64,000 nt of DNA, taken from Rhina ancylostomus. Taxonomy: Eukaryota. The position numbers and the translations under genes were made by a program. The DNA lies in contig JARFYF010000057.1 of NCBI GenBank assembly GCA_030265395.1, positions 8,070,977-8,134,976 on the forward strand, in the 5' to 3' direction. Below, in pieces: positions 1-12,770 of this stretch; within the stretch, counting starts at the first letter, position 1, and every line of letters starts with the position of its first letter. The notes under the pieces were generated by a model. That model searched no databases and was not told where the DNA came from. It was given only the letters and a program-made list of their open reading frames with translations.

Positions 1-160
1 AAAATCTTGTCTGCTGCAGAAAAACAAACGAAACATCTCAAAGCATTTGTCTGTTTCCTTCTGCTAGAGAAAGAAGAAAGTTAAAAAAGGGAAATCTTGA
101 TTAGGTTGCCAAGTCCATTGAGGATGGTCGTCAGAGGGAAGGAAGAAAGGCAGAGCAGAA

Positions 161-342
161 GGGGTAGTAGTTAAGGCAGGTACATTAACAACATTTAAAA
201 GACATTTGGACAAGTACACAGACAGCAAAGGTTTAGAAGGATGTGGGCCAAATGCAGGCAAATGGGCCTAGCTTAGATGGGCATCTTGGTTGGCATGGAC
301 AAGTTGGGCTGAAGGGCCTTTTTCTGTGCTGTATGATTCTAT
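161..342 (+). mobile_element. CR1-type LINE 3' end fragment
   Basis: ORF2 C-terminal remnant (TTFKRHLDKY) followed by the typical 3' tail (gggctgaagggcct...tgtgctgtatgattctat). Boundaries approximate. Confidence 0.75.
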
Positions 343-494
343 AAGAAGAGAAAAGCAAAAGGGGTTATGGAGATAAAGAGTGCAGGATGAGACAATGAGT
401 GGAAATAAAAGGAGAGAAACAAGTTTCCATATGGTCCTGCTGCAATACTCTTAGTACCAATGGTTTTATCTGCAAAATCCATTAATTCACCTAC

Positions 495-563
495 CCGCTC
501 CATTTCCTTGAAGTCTTCATCAAGTTTGGTTCCTTCAGCACCACCCACTTTTTCGCTGACAAG
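495..563 (-). CDS. SH3GL1: Endophilin A2 coding exon 2 ([23 protein letters not shown]), N-BAR domain; the gene continues left of the window
   Basis: 69-nt phase 0/0 exon with acceptor ttcttcctag and donor gtaggt. The peptide matches endophilin A2 residues 16-38. Confidence 0.96.
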
Positions 564-663
564 CTAGGAAGAACAAAAAAGTGAATTTACAAAATGTATT
601 AATTACATTAGCACTTACCAGATCTCACCATCTTATCAGTACACTGGAAGCATTATAGCAATT

Positions 664-875
664 ATAGAAACACAGAAAAACTACAGCACAATTCAGGCCC
701 TTCGGCCCACAAAGCTGTGCCAAACATGTCCCTACCCTAGAAATTACTATTCTTACCCATCGCCCTTTATTTTACTTAGCTCCATGTACCTATCCAACAG
801 TCTCTTGAAAGACCCTACCGGGTATCTGCCTCCACCACCATTTCCGGCAGCCCATTCCATGCACTCACCACTGAG
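664..875 (-). mobile_element. CR1-type LINE 3' tail fragment
   Basis: Reverse complement of the same tail family (gggccgaagggcctgaattgtgctgtag). Confidence 0.65.
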
Positions 876-1579
876 TAAAAAATTATATGTAATTTTCAAA
901 TCATACAGAAGTTACATCAAATTCAGCATCACACGTGGCAAACTTCAATTTACTGCTCAAGAATTTATACAAAATAATGCTTTCGCATGTGGTTAATTTC
1001 CTTCACCTTGTCCACCAGTTTTGAAAGATTTTTTGACATGGGAGACTCTCTGACAAGGCTAACTTTTAAAGTCTAACTGCCTGTCAGAAGGTGGTAACCA
1101 TTCTTGAACTGCTGCAGACATTCTAGTACTTAAAATACTACTGAGTATGAAGTTCTAGGATTTAGGGACAGAACTATATTTTCAAAATGGTAAGTGTTTG
1201 GCAAGCAATCAGCTGAGTATTTTCAGCATTTTCTATTTTAGATTTTCAGCATCTCTAGTATTGTGCATTAAAAAGAAAGTTAATAAATTTGCTAATTCGG
1301 CAATATGGAAGAATTTTGTTTAAAATGGAAGGGTTCTCCTCTTTGCTGATCTTTAAAGTTCCAATAAAAATGTCAGTCCCTCATTCAGATGTCACTGCAT
1401 TGGCTGCAGATTGCTTTCGGACATGGGCCAAAAGCAATCAATCTACAGCCAATGCAGATGTTCAAGAACACTGGCCTATTATTGATCTGTGTATCTGCAG
1501 ATTACCCAGATGAAGTTCTAGGTGGAAATTAGACTACAGACTACATTGTTTAAGTTGCAGACACATGAAGAACAACTTG

Positions 1580-3670
1580 GTATTGGTTTATTATTGTCAC
1601 TTGTACTGGGGTACAGTGAAAAACATGTCTTGCATACCAATCGTACAGGCCAATTCATTACACAGTGCAGTTACATTGAGTCAGAACAGAGTACACTGAG
1701 GTAGTACAGGTAAAAACAATAACAGTACAGAGTAAAGTGTCAAAGCTACAGAGAAAGTGCAGTGCAATAAGGTGCAAGGGTAGATTGTGAGGTCAGAGTC
1801 CATCTCATCATATAAGGGACGTTGAATAGTCTTATCACAGTGGGATAGAAGTGATCCTTGAGCCTGGTGGTATGTGCCCTCAGACTCCTGTACCTTCTGC
1901 CTGATGGGAGAGGAGAGGAGAGAGAATGGCCCGGTTGGGTGGGGTCTTTAATTATGCTTCACCAAGACAGCGAGACGTAAAGACAGTCCTTGGAAGGGAG
2001 GCTGGTTTCTGTGACGCACTGGGCTGTGTCCACAACTCTGCAGTTTCTTGCGGTCCTAGGCTGAGCAGTTGCCATACCAAGCTGTGATGCATCCAGATAT
2101 GATGCTTTCTATGGTGCCTCAATAAGTTGGTGAGTGTCAAAGGGAACAAACCAAATTTCTTTAGCCTCCTGAGGAAGTAGAGGTGCTGGTGAAGTTTCTT
2201 AGCTGTGGCATCTACGGGATTTGACCAGGACAGGCTGTTGGTGATGTTCACTCCTAGGAACCTGAAGATCTCAACCTTCCTGACCTCAACACCATCGATG
2301 TAAACAGGAGCATGTGCATCACCACCCCCCCATCTTCCTGAATTCAGTGACCAACTATTTTGTTTTGCTGACATTGAGGGAAAGGTTGTCGTCATGACAC
2401 CATGTCACTAAGCTATCTCCTTCCTGTACCCCAACTCATCATTATTTGAGGATACTGCCCACTACGGTGGTATCATCTGCTAACTTGTAGATGGAGGTAG
2501 AGCAGAATCTGGCCACACAGTCATGAGTATATCGGGAGTAGAGGGCTGAAGACNNNNNNNNNNNNNNNNNNNNNNNNNNNNNNNNNNNNNNNNNNNNNNN
2601 NNNNNNNNNNNNNNNNNNNNNNNNNNNNNNNNNNNNNNNNNNNNNNNNNNNNNNNNNNNNNNNNNNNNNNNNNNNNNNNNNNNNNNNNNNNNNNNNNNNN
2701 NNNNNNNNNNNNNNNNNNNNNNNNNNNNNNNNNNNNNNNNNNNNNNNNNNNNNNNNNNNNNNNNNNNNNNNNNNNNNNNNNNNNNNNNNNNNNNNNNNNN
2801 NNNNNNNNNNNNNNNNNNNNNNNNNNNNNNNNNNNNNNNNNNNNNNNNNNNNNNNNNNNNNNNNNNNNNNNNNNNNNNNNNNNNNNNNNNNNNNNNNNNN
2901 NNNNNNNNNNNNNNNNNNNNNNNNNNNNNNNNNNNNNNNNNNNNNNNNNNNNNNNNNNNNNNNNNNNNNNNNNNNNNNNNNNNNNNNNNNNNNNNNNNNN
3001 NNNNNNNNNNNNNNNNNNNNNNNNNNNNNNNNNNNNNNNNNNNNNNNNNNNNNNNNNNNNNNNNNNNNNNNNNNNNNNNNNNNNNNNNNNNNNNNNNNNN
3101 NNNNNNNNNNNNNNNNNNNNNNNNNNNNNNNNNNNNNNNNNNNNNNNNNNNNNNNNNNNNNNNNNNNNNNNNNNNNNNNNNNNNNNNNNNNNNNNNNNNN
3201 NNNNNNNNNNNNNNNNNNNNNNNNNNNNNNNNNNNNNNNNNNNNNNNNNNNNNNNNNNNNNNNNNNNNNNNNNNNNNNNNNNNNNNNNNNNNNNNNNNNN
3301 NNNNNNNNNNNNNNNNNNNNNNNNNNNNNNNNNNNNNNNNNNNNNNNNNNNNNNNNNNNNNNNNNNNNNNNNNNNNNNNNNNNNNNNNNNNNNNNNNNNN
3401 NNNNNNNNNNNNNNNNNNNNNNNNNNNNNNNNNNNNNNNNNNNNNNNNNNNNNNNNNNNNNNNNNNNATGGTTTCTGGTTTGGGTAGTCCGTTTAGTACT
3501 CTTTGGTACACAGTCCTCCACGCACTTGAAAGTCTGTGATGGTGGTGGCACACTCATCTAGGCTGGCGGCTGAGTCTTTGAGCATGGACCAGTCCACTGA
3601 CTCAAAGCAGTGACGTAGAAGCTCATCTGTTTCCTCAGACTAGCACTGCACAACTCTGTACTGGATCCTC
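1580..3670 (-). mobile_element. Rex1/Babar-type non-LTR retrotransposon, degenerate, spanning the gap at 2554-3467
   Basis: RT motif IYKLADDTTVVG, C-terminal FRFLGVNITNSLSWS...LYFLRRLKKFG, upstream CVEDCVP segment, and 3' tail ending aataataaacc. Confidence 0.85.
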
Positions 3671-3859
3671 CCATTTCTTAGAGGATTCTTTTGAGATGAA
3701 AGGATGGGGAGAATAAAAGAATGTCCATGATAGGGTGGAGACCAAGGACATCCAGGTGGGACCATCTAAAAGAGGCGAATGAATGTTATTTATTCATAGA
3801 TGATCTATCTTGAGGAGTGGAAATAGAAGATGAATGAGAGCAGATACTGAAGAGAAAAA

Positions 3860-4737
3860 ACAAGCTGGAACATTGAGATGCAGAACACAGCAGCTGCTGA
3901 AAAAATGAAATAAAAGTAAATGCTGGTAATACACAACAGATCAGGAATGACTTGTAGAAAGAGGAAAAAACTGGAGTTGCAGGTGGATGATCTTTCATTC
4001 GAGCTGGACAAACAGGAAAAGTTGGATATCTGAAACTGTTGAATTCAATATTGAATCTTCAAGGCAGCAATATGCCTCAACACAAGTTGCTGTTCCTCAA
4101 GCTTACATTGGGCTTTATTGGAAATGTAGGAATCGAAAGACAGAGGTCAGAGTAGAAGTGGGATGGACAATTAAAGGTGACTGGAAGCTCCAGGCCACCT
4201 TTGCGGATTGAATGAGGTGTTCCGTAGAGCTGTCACTCAATCTGCTTTTGGTGTCTCCAGTATAGAGGAGACCACATTATAGGCCCTAAATGTCATATTG
4301 TGGGAACAGAGGTAGTAGAAGGTTAAATTAAGCATCTCCCATAGTTGTATGGGAAAGTAATCAGAGAATGGGAATGGTTGAAGGAGATGGAAGAATAAAC
4401 TAGGGTGTCACAATGACAGCAGTCCCCTCAGAATGCTGAAATAGAAAGGGAGGGGAAGGGAAGGTATGCCTGGATGGTGAATCCTTCTAAAGATGGCAGA
4501 AATTTTGTATGATCCATTGAATGTGGAGGTTGGTGGGCTGGAAGCATAGGACAAGAGGGAGTGAGAGCAGAGTGTTGGAAATAGAATAGACCCAGTTGAG
4601 AACCTTAAGTATAAAGAGAGGGGAGGCTACAGTTAAGGATAAAGGAAGGCATCTAAAAAGGACTGGTCTGTCTCATCAGCAGTATAGATGGAAAGGCAGC
4701 AAAATCTCCTTCAGCCCTTTGCCTCTTCTGCTCATCA
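3860..4737 (-). mobile_element. Penelope-like element fragment (GIY-YIG endonuclease remnant plus pseudo-LTR)
   Basis: Minus-strand CGLLYTGDTKSRLSDSSTEHL resembles the Penelope CGLLYIGETKRRLxxRFxEHL motif. Decayed pLTR at ~3860-4010. Confidence 0.75.
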
Positions 4738-7700
4738 NNNNNNNNNNNNNNNNNNNNNNNNNNNNNNNNNNNNNNNNNNNNNNNNNNNNNNNNNNNNNNN
4801 NNNNNNNNNNNNNNNNNNNNNNNNNNNNNNNNNNNNNNNNNNNNNNNNNNNNNNNNNNNNNNNNNNNNNNNNNNNNNNNNNNNNNNNNNNNNNNNNNNNN
4901 NNNNNNNNNNNNNNNNNNNNNNNNNNNNNNNNNNNNNNNNNNNNNNNNNNNNNNNNNNNNNNNNNNNNNNNNNNNNNNNNNNNNNNNNNNNNNNNNNNNN
5001 NNNNNNNNNNNNNNNNNNNNNNNNNNNNNNNNNNNNNNNNNNNNNNNNNNNNNNNNNNNNNNNNNNNNNNNNNNNNNNNNNNNNNNNNNNNNNNNNNNNN
5101 NNNNNNNNNNNNNNNNNNNNNNNNNNNNNNNNNNNNNNNNNNNNNNNNNNNNNNNNNNNNNNNNNNNNNNNNNNNNNNNNNNNNNNNNNNNNNNNNNNNN
5201 NNNNNNNNNNNNNNNNNNNNNNNNNNNNNNNNNNNNNNNNNNNNNNNNNNNNNNNNNNNNNNNNNNNNNNNNNNNNNNNNNNNNNNNNNNNNNNNNNNNN
5301 NNNNNNNNNNNNNNNNNNNNNNNNNNNNNNNNNNNNNNNNNNNNNNNNNNNNNNNNNNNNNNNNNNNNNNNNNNNNNNNNNNNNNNNNNNNNNNNNNNNN
5401 NNNNNNNNNNNNNNNNNNNNNNNNNNNNNNNNNNNNNNNNNNNNNNNNNNNNNNNNNNNNNNNNNNNNNNNNNNNNNNNNNNNNNNNNNNNNNNNNNNNN
5501 NNNNNNNNNNNNNNNNNNNNNNNCTATTTCTTTTTTTTTTGTAAAAATGTTACACAATAGAATAATAAATTTTCCAGTGAACATGTTGAGTAGAAAGGAA
5601 ATGCAGGAATCAGCAGTGAGCCAGATGGCGATCCTTCAGATTTCAAAATTGTCAGATAGCAGATTGTTGTCAATAATAAAGTGAGAAATATGATGCATCT
5701 TAATTTACCTGTGAGCATATATTCTTCATAAGTAGCAAGTCTACAGTTGCTTCGTTAATATCACCAAACCTAAACTGAATACTCGGTTTGACCCCAGCCT
5801 AAGATTGCACTGAATCCAGCAGCTACACCAAACCACTGTTAAAATGAATTCCTAGCAATCTCAAACTAATAATTAGATAATGCACAATAATCAATGTTTA
5901 CACTAACTGAAAGGGATCGTCAAGATGGTGGATGGCAACGCAAGCTACCACTGATTCAACATGAGTAAAGGAAGCAGAAATAAAAGGCCAGGGTAGGTTG
6001 TGTAGAGCAGACAGTTTCCCTGTACAGACATCCATGATCCAGCAAACTTTCTTAAGCTCAGCAAAACTGCTAGCAAGGAAATGAAATACAAATGTAGACA
6101 AAAGGAAAAGACCAAGCCTCTTTAGCTAGACTTGCAAAGTGTACCAAAAAACGTGAAAATGACAGAATTTGTTATTTCCTTTTTGGAATGGGGTTTAAGC
6201 ATCCTGAACAAATAACAGACACTTCCTTTCTGTAACAAGGATTAAAAACAACTTTGACCCTCAATACCTTTCTGAATCATTTTCAGCAGAGATTTTAAAT
6301 GGGGTTAAAACTTTTGCAAATTTTACTTTACAAATGANNNNNNNNNNNNNNNNNNNNNNNNNNNNNNNNNNNNNNNNNNNNNNNNNNNNNNNNNNNNNNN
6401 NNNNNNNNNNNNNNNNNNNNNNNNNNNNNNNNNNNNNTTTACAAATGAAACAGGATACCCACTGCACAAGCCCACCCCCAAAGATCCATTTCATTATCTC
6501 TCCATCTGCCACATCCCACTACAAGCACTCCAAACTATAAAGAAAACAAAATATATCCTTTTCCACCATTGACCTCAGTTGCAAATACAAAGCAGATGGC
6601 TGCAAGTAGATGACAATAGGACATAAATCACCAAGGCATGCGTTCCATACTATTCAGGGGAAAGGAATATGCAGCCCCAAAATTAGTTAGTTGCAGTTGA
6701 TTGGTATGCTAGGCAACCAGAGGCTTCATCTGTAAAAGCAGGTTGAATTTCCTCTCCTTTTTAAATTCAGAACAAAATTACCAGTTACAAAATCTTGGCC
6801 AGTTTAAATTGTGATGAGCTCACCACCTACAAGTAAAAATAGAGACTGATGAGGGAATTTGCTCAGGTAGGTCAATCAACAACAAGAAAATGGTTTCATA
6901 CTTTCAATGCCACATTTCACTTTATATATAGCCATATTCTATACAGTTCAAATCAATCACACATTCAGGATCAATTCAAACTCAAATTTTAATCAGATGT
7001 TTGTGTGGAACTTCTTCTCCCACCCCATTACCCCACTGTAAACACTCTTGATATAAAGCGATAGGAAGAATTTATGATCAAGAACTAATTCTAAGAGCCA
7101 GTAACAATTTTTATTATGCTCACAAACATGACTTGCAACACGTGTTCTCAGGGCATGAGGTACTCATTATTCATAAATGTTGAGGAAAATTAATGCTAAA
7201 ACATCTTTTGAACAAATGACAGAATTAAGCACATTTCTGAGCTTTATGGTGAAATATAATCCCTGGTCTTGCTCAAAATTGTCCCTCAATGCAATTTAGT
7301 TAGCCCATAGAGTACAACAGCATAGAACAAAAATTACCTGGATAGTTGATAGTAATTTCACTCATCATCTGTTTATAATCAGCAAAATTCAGTTTGAAGC
7401 AATTTATTCTTAATGCATAATTAATTCAACGGCTGCTTTGCACAAATTTAGAGAGACATACAAGTCCTTTCAGCTACAATGGCAATGCAGGAGAGAGAAA
7501 AATCACTTAGATATTTTGCAATCATTAGCAATCCAGTGACTATTTTGTCGGGGGCAGAGTGGGGAGGGGAATGGCACCAACAAAAGCAAGACCTGGCAAT
7601 TTTTTCATCTATGTCAGTCAATCGTCCAATTACTCTTAAAGTATTTACTAATATTAATGTTCTTGCTTCTCCTATGCATCCTGTTGTATTACTCTGAATT

Positions 7701-9269
7701 TTCACCCAGTTACGTGATGAACCATGCAAAACAGTTTTAGTTAATAATCTTTTTTATTGAGGCACCTTAAAGTCATATATTCATGCTGGGTTAACAGGAC
7801 TTTCCTACAATGCTTGACAAAAAGTAAATAATGTTTGGCCAGTTATCAGATTTAGCAGATACCCACTCCACGTCCTCCAGGATATCCTTGTCATTAGTGT
7901 TAATGGAGTCACATGGAGGATATCTGGTCAGCGATAAGTGTTCAAAAATCACTATTCACTGTTTTTGGCCTGTTGTAGCATACTTTCAAGCAAGAACAAT
8001 ACCTTACTTGCAACCAACCAGAACTTTTCTCATCATAATGCCCACTTGTGCTGGGCATGCATCTATCATGTCTCACAAGTGATGTCTTTTACTGGTGAGA
8101 GTGCATGATGAAATAGCCCACTAACAATCACCAGTGAAATAACAATGATCACTTAAAGGTGAAGGCAAACAAGGGGCACCTGTTACTCTGTGCTGTATTC
8201 CAAACAAGTGCCAAAATCTTTAAAGGATTTGAGCGTGTGAGATGCCTGGGTCAGAATATTATTTTAGGGTTTAGTAAATATGTTTCTGCCAAGGATAACC
8301 ATGAATGATTCTTCTTTCCTTTCAAACAAAATCTAATTCTCCCTTATAACAGAAATGTTAACTTATCACTCCAAGAATCAAATGGGAAGGGTATCAGGTG
8401 AGTTCAGTGGAATGATACCCATGACAAGTCACAATCTTCAAGGAAACGGGTGGAAAATAATTTGAAAAAGTTTACAAAATGAAATCTGCGTTACTACAGT
8501 GAAACAGTGCAACAAGATGAATTTTGGTCTGTCTTAGTATTGTGTTCCTATTCATTTCCCTCATCACAGGATATTTCAATAGGATAAAGTTCACAGTGCA
8601 GATGAGAAGTAGAATACAATACTCTTAACACCTGAAATTGAGAAAAGGAAGATTCTTAAATGATAGAACCACAGTGCATTTCTAAAAATTAGGTAAGAGC
8701 AGGTACTGGACTTCTCTGATGCTCTTTCCATTTGGCCTTCCTTGGCAGAACGCATAATATTCTTAGGAGGGCAATCTGCCAAATACAAGGTGCTTTCACT
8801 TTAAAAATACTATGATAATCCAAAAATTCAAACATCAAGGTATTTTCAGCAAATACCAGTCAAATTGCTGATTTTTGTTAACAAATAAAGGATGGTGAGA
8901 GAGAAGTAACAGTTACATTTTTCTTGTACCTGGTTTATCTCATCCAAACCTGACATTTAGTTGGGTCCTGCCAGGTTCAGACCAGACAGTCAGGCTATAC
9001 TGCAATGCATTACAGAGCTAGTCTGGACAAAAGATGCCACAAGGCTTTCTTCTATCCCTGGATGATTTGCTCATTGTAATTACAATGAAAACATAAAAGA
9101 GGGGGCAAACACAGGGCAGACACACATTCACAGAGTTATTCCTTTCTCATTCTTGATTTCATGATTTTAAAATCCAAAATGCAATCACAGGAGACAGTTT
9201 GCACACAGTAACATTCTCCAAATGGTAATGAGATTATCAACCATTAGTTCATTTCAATGGTATTGAATA

Positions 9270-9450
9270 AAAGATGAATGCTGCTTGAACAAAGCAAGAA
9301 TGGAGAAACCCTTCTTTAAATAATGTCACAGGATCTTTAATTCCCACCCCCTGACAAAGGAGGAGTGACATTAGGCTACTCATCTCATTTAAATAATCAA
9401 ACACAGCAATTCTCAGGATGGCACTAGTTTGTCTGCCTATAAACATGCTG
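9270..9450 (-). mobile_element. Ancient Deu-domain SINE remnant
   Basis: Reverse strand resembles the Deu core (atgagatg...aggggg...taaagatcctgtgacattattt). Highly diverged. Confidence 0.4.
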
Positions 9451-10799
9451 CAGGAACGAGCATGTAATAAGTCCATGATCACCACCACTGAGTCCAGTTT
9501 CCATCATAACCATTCAGCAGGGATAATAGGCAAGTTAAAAAAAAGAAAACATGATATAATGGCAGATAAATGCTCAGAGGGAAATCACTAAAATGCATTT
9601 TATGAAAAAAGATTTGAAGATAATGGATGGGAAAATGCTCGTGTGGAGCACAGGCCCTGGTAGAGACTGCTGGGCTCACCAGCCTTTTTCCAAACTGTAT
9701 AGCTTGCATGCATTTCCTGGTAAAGACATCCTGGCAACACCCTGGTCCAAGCACTGGCAACTGCTACATTAAATTGTCATCCAAGCAAAGGACGAGAGTG
9801 CATTGTAACAGGCACCAATAACTGCTGGACTGTTTACCACCTAATCCCCTCTCATCTCCATCAACCTGACCCAAACATCAGGATGCAAGCAAAAGANNNN
9901 NNNNNNNNNNNNNNNNNNNNNNNNNNNNNNNNNNNNNNNNNNNNNNNNNNNNNNNNNNNNNNNNNNNNNNNNNNNNNNNNNNNNNNNNNNNNNNNNNNNN
10001 NNNNNNNNNNNNNNNNNNNNNNNNNNNNNNNNNNNNNNNNNNNNNNNNNNNNNNNNNNNNNNNNNNNNNNNNNNNNNNNNNNNNNNNNNNNNNNNNNNNN
10101 NNNNNNNNNNNNNNNNNNNNAATACTCACGCTACGAATAAAAAAAATCTTGAAAATCTTGAATTTATATCTTAACAAAATTGAAAAGGGATAGTAACATT
10201 GTTCAGACATCAATGGCACATGGAGCAAAGTTTTATTCTTAATATGCTCTTGAGAAACAAAATTTAATGTGCTTTAGGCAAGGGTTGAAAATTGGGGAAG
10301 TTGAGGCTTGTCCACTGTGGCACATTCATAACACAAGGTAAAATTGCACAAACTAAAATGTTATTGTTGGAGGAAAATTTGAGCTAATTAAACAAACTTC
10401 TAATGTTCAAAATTTGTAATTAAAAGGGGTAATTTGTACAATTTAACATGAGATTGAAGACAGAGCTTTAAAAATACAACTTCAACTCCTAAATGAAAAA
10501 GAGGTATATGGAAAATGAGGTATATGGAAAATGAACTTAACATCTACAGTGAAATCTTGAGAAAATTTAGTCTTTTGTGTTCTTAAGCATGCTTTCTTTG
10601 TTTCTTTCAACTCTCTGAAGACCAGATAAAAATTCAGAAGTTTTGGATATAAAATGTGAAATGAAAGTTGACTTTAATTAACTCATTTCAAAACAGTAAA
10701 ACCAAACGCTAACAAAATAATCTCTGAACACTCAGATTAGTGTGGGTTTATGTCATGACTTGTACAGTGCTGAATCTACCAATTGGGTTTTTTTATTTT

Positions 10800-11215
10800 A
10801 ATTGGTAGAATGTGATTTGTGGCAATTCACATGGGTCTCTGATGTTGGAACCTCAACTTCTTGAACCATATTTCCGAACAGCTTGGATGATGGGAAAAAC
10901 AGCCACATACCAATAACATAAAGAGAGTCAACAATGTCATCAGCGCCACTGAATGATAAAAGACAATGAATTGCCAAAATTGTGACAAATGGATTTCAAT
11001 TTAGGCAAGTGTAAGATCAGGAACCTAAAAACAAAAAAAAAACACTTTCCAAATGGTGAAAAGCCAGAAATAACAATGCTCCAAAGATTTAGAAATCCAT
11101 GTGTACAGATTATTAAAACAACTGACAGGCACTAGCAATGGAAAATGGGATTGATATAGGTGGGTACTCTGGTCAGTATGGAAATTCCCGTTTCTGTTCT
11201 GTACATCTCTATGAC
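10800..11215 (+). mobile_element. Highly decayed CR1 RT fragment with 3' tail
   Basis: Eroded GxVLGPQ-like and WQMxFN-like segments, then a tail-like tctgttctgtacatctctatga. Confidence 0.45.
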
Positions 11216-11319
11216 AAGAAGGGAGAGATCAAGGTAGAACTGCATAAAACACAAATCAAGTTACCCTGAAAGTATATTTTAATTCTGATCAGCATGCTCT
11301 GATGACAACTGAATTCTAC

Positions 11320-12770
11320 AACTTCAGGTAACTCATTTTTTCTGTCTACATTAGAACTGGCCATTTCTGATCTAAGTTATCTATCTGTGATATTGGCTCA
11401 GTTTTTCCTCTATTAGCACATACTGATCTGCTGGATTCGTCCAAAAGCTCTGGATTTTGCGGCATTTTACTCTTTGATTTGTATCAACACCCTCTAATTG
11501 GCTCCATTAACCATCAGCCATAACTTATCTCCATCACAACCCTGCCCTCACCTCATCATAGATAATCCCTTCATCTACTAATCCCTCCCCAACCTCCTGT
11601 GCAACTTAAATCTTGTTTTTCTCTCTTTCCCAGTTCTGACTTCAAACTGAAACATTACCTTTGTTTCTCTTCCCATAGATGCTGCCTGACCTGCTGCAAG
11701 TTTCCAGCATTTTGTTTTTATTTCATACAGAAGACAAGATGCTGTCCCTGGAGCTTAAGTTGGGCCTCAATGGAGCAGCAGAGAAGGCTACAGAGTGGGA
11801 GTGGGATGGAAAATAAAAATGACAGCAACTAGAAGTTCAAAGTGCCTGCAGATTGAACAAAAGTGTTCCATGAAGTGGTCACCCATTCTGCTTTTATTTT
11901 CTCACACTGCTGAAATCCCATCATGATCACTAAACACAATACATTAGAGACTTGGCTCTACTTCCTTCAACTCTGCGTCCAGCAAGAACTCCATTTCATT
12001 CGGTCAGGTCCTCCACCTCTGTTGTATGTATGCTCCAATGATGAGACTTTTCACAAAGAGATCTCTGAGGTCTTGCTTTATCCTTGCCTATGGCTTCCCC
12101 TTTACAAGGGTCAACAAAAACCTCAACCACATCTCATGTATTTTGCACACCTCTGCTCTGATCCCATCTTCTCCCAGTCAGAACAAAGGTAAATACCCTA
12201 GCCCTCACATTCTACCCCAATAAATCATCCTTTGTAATTTCTGCCACATTTAGTATGATTCCACCACACATCTTCCCCTTCCAATATTCCAAAGGACCAT
12301 AAACTTCGCAACTCATTGGTCTGCCTTTTCATCTTCACCAACCATTCCCCTTGTCATAACACTTTTCCATTCAACCATAAAAAGGTACAACTTCTCTTTT
12401 ACTTTATCCGTTACCACCATACAGTGCCCTGAAGAGTCCTTGCAATCCAGAGTATATTGTATTCAGGGAGCATCCGTGTTCAGTCNNNNNNNNNNNNNNN
12501 NNNNNNNNNNNNNNNNNNNNNNNNNNNNNNNNNNNNNNNNNNNNNNNNNNNNNNNNNNNNNNNNNNNNNNNNNNNNNNNNNNNNNTGTTCAGTCCATGGC
12601 GTGACGACTTTCCAGTTCCCTGCCATTTGAACTCTGCATCCCATTCCCACTTTGACTTATGGTCTGTGCCTCCAACAAGGAACAACATAAACTTAAGAAA
12701 CAGCATCTTATCTTCCATTTATCCATGTCGCAGCCTTTGGGTCGCTATACTGAACTCAACAATTTCATTT
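11320..12770. mobile_element. Cluster of Penelope-like fragments in mixed orientation
   Basis: Plus-strand pLTR at 11631-11725 (gatgctgcctgacctgctg), minus-strand endonuclease piece at ~11735-11930, plus-strand RT C-terminus/endonuclease remnant at ~11940-12770 (CSNDETFH; HKLKKQHLIFHL). Confidence 0.75.

Noticed and set aside
339-548. 69-aa ORF starting MGGAEG
   Set aside because: It is SH3GL1 exon 2 reading through into the intron from a GTG; the exon is 495-563.
2442-5684. Long ORFs of ~250-370 aa in the ORF track (also at 40642-41818, 42893-43972 and 48152-48969)
   Set aside because: They are artefacts of N runs translated as X. The flanks are transposon remnants or noncoding.
6327-6448. 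Direct repeats flanking 100-N gaps (also 12477-12594 and 28484-28619)
   Set aside because: Exact short overlaps across placeholder gaps indicate unmerged contig ends, not TSDs or CRISPR-like repeats.
10501-10532. 16-bp tandem duplications (also ~42608-42645)
   Set aside because: Ordinary slippage duplications with no spacer structure.
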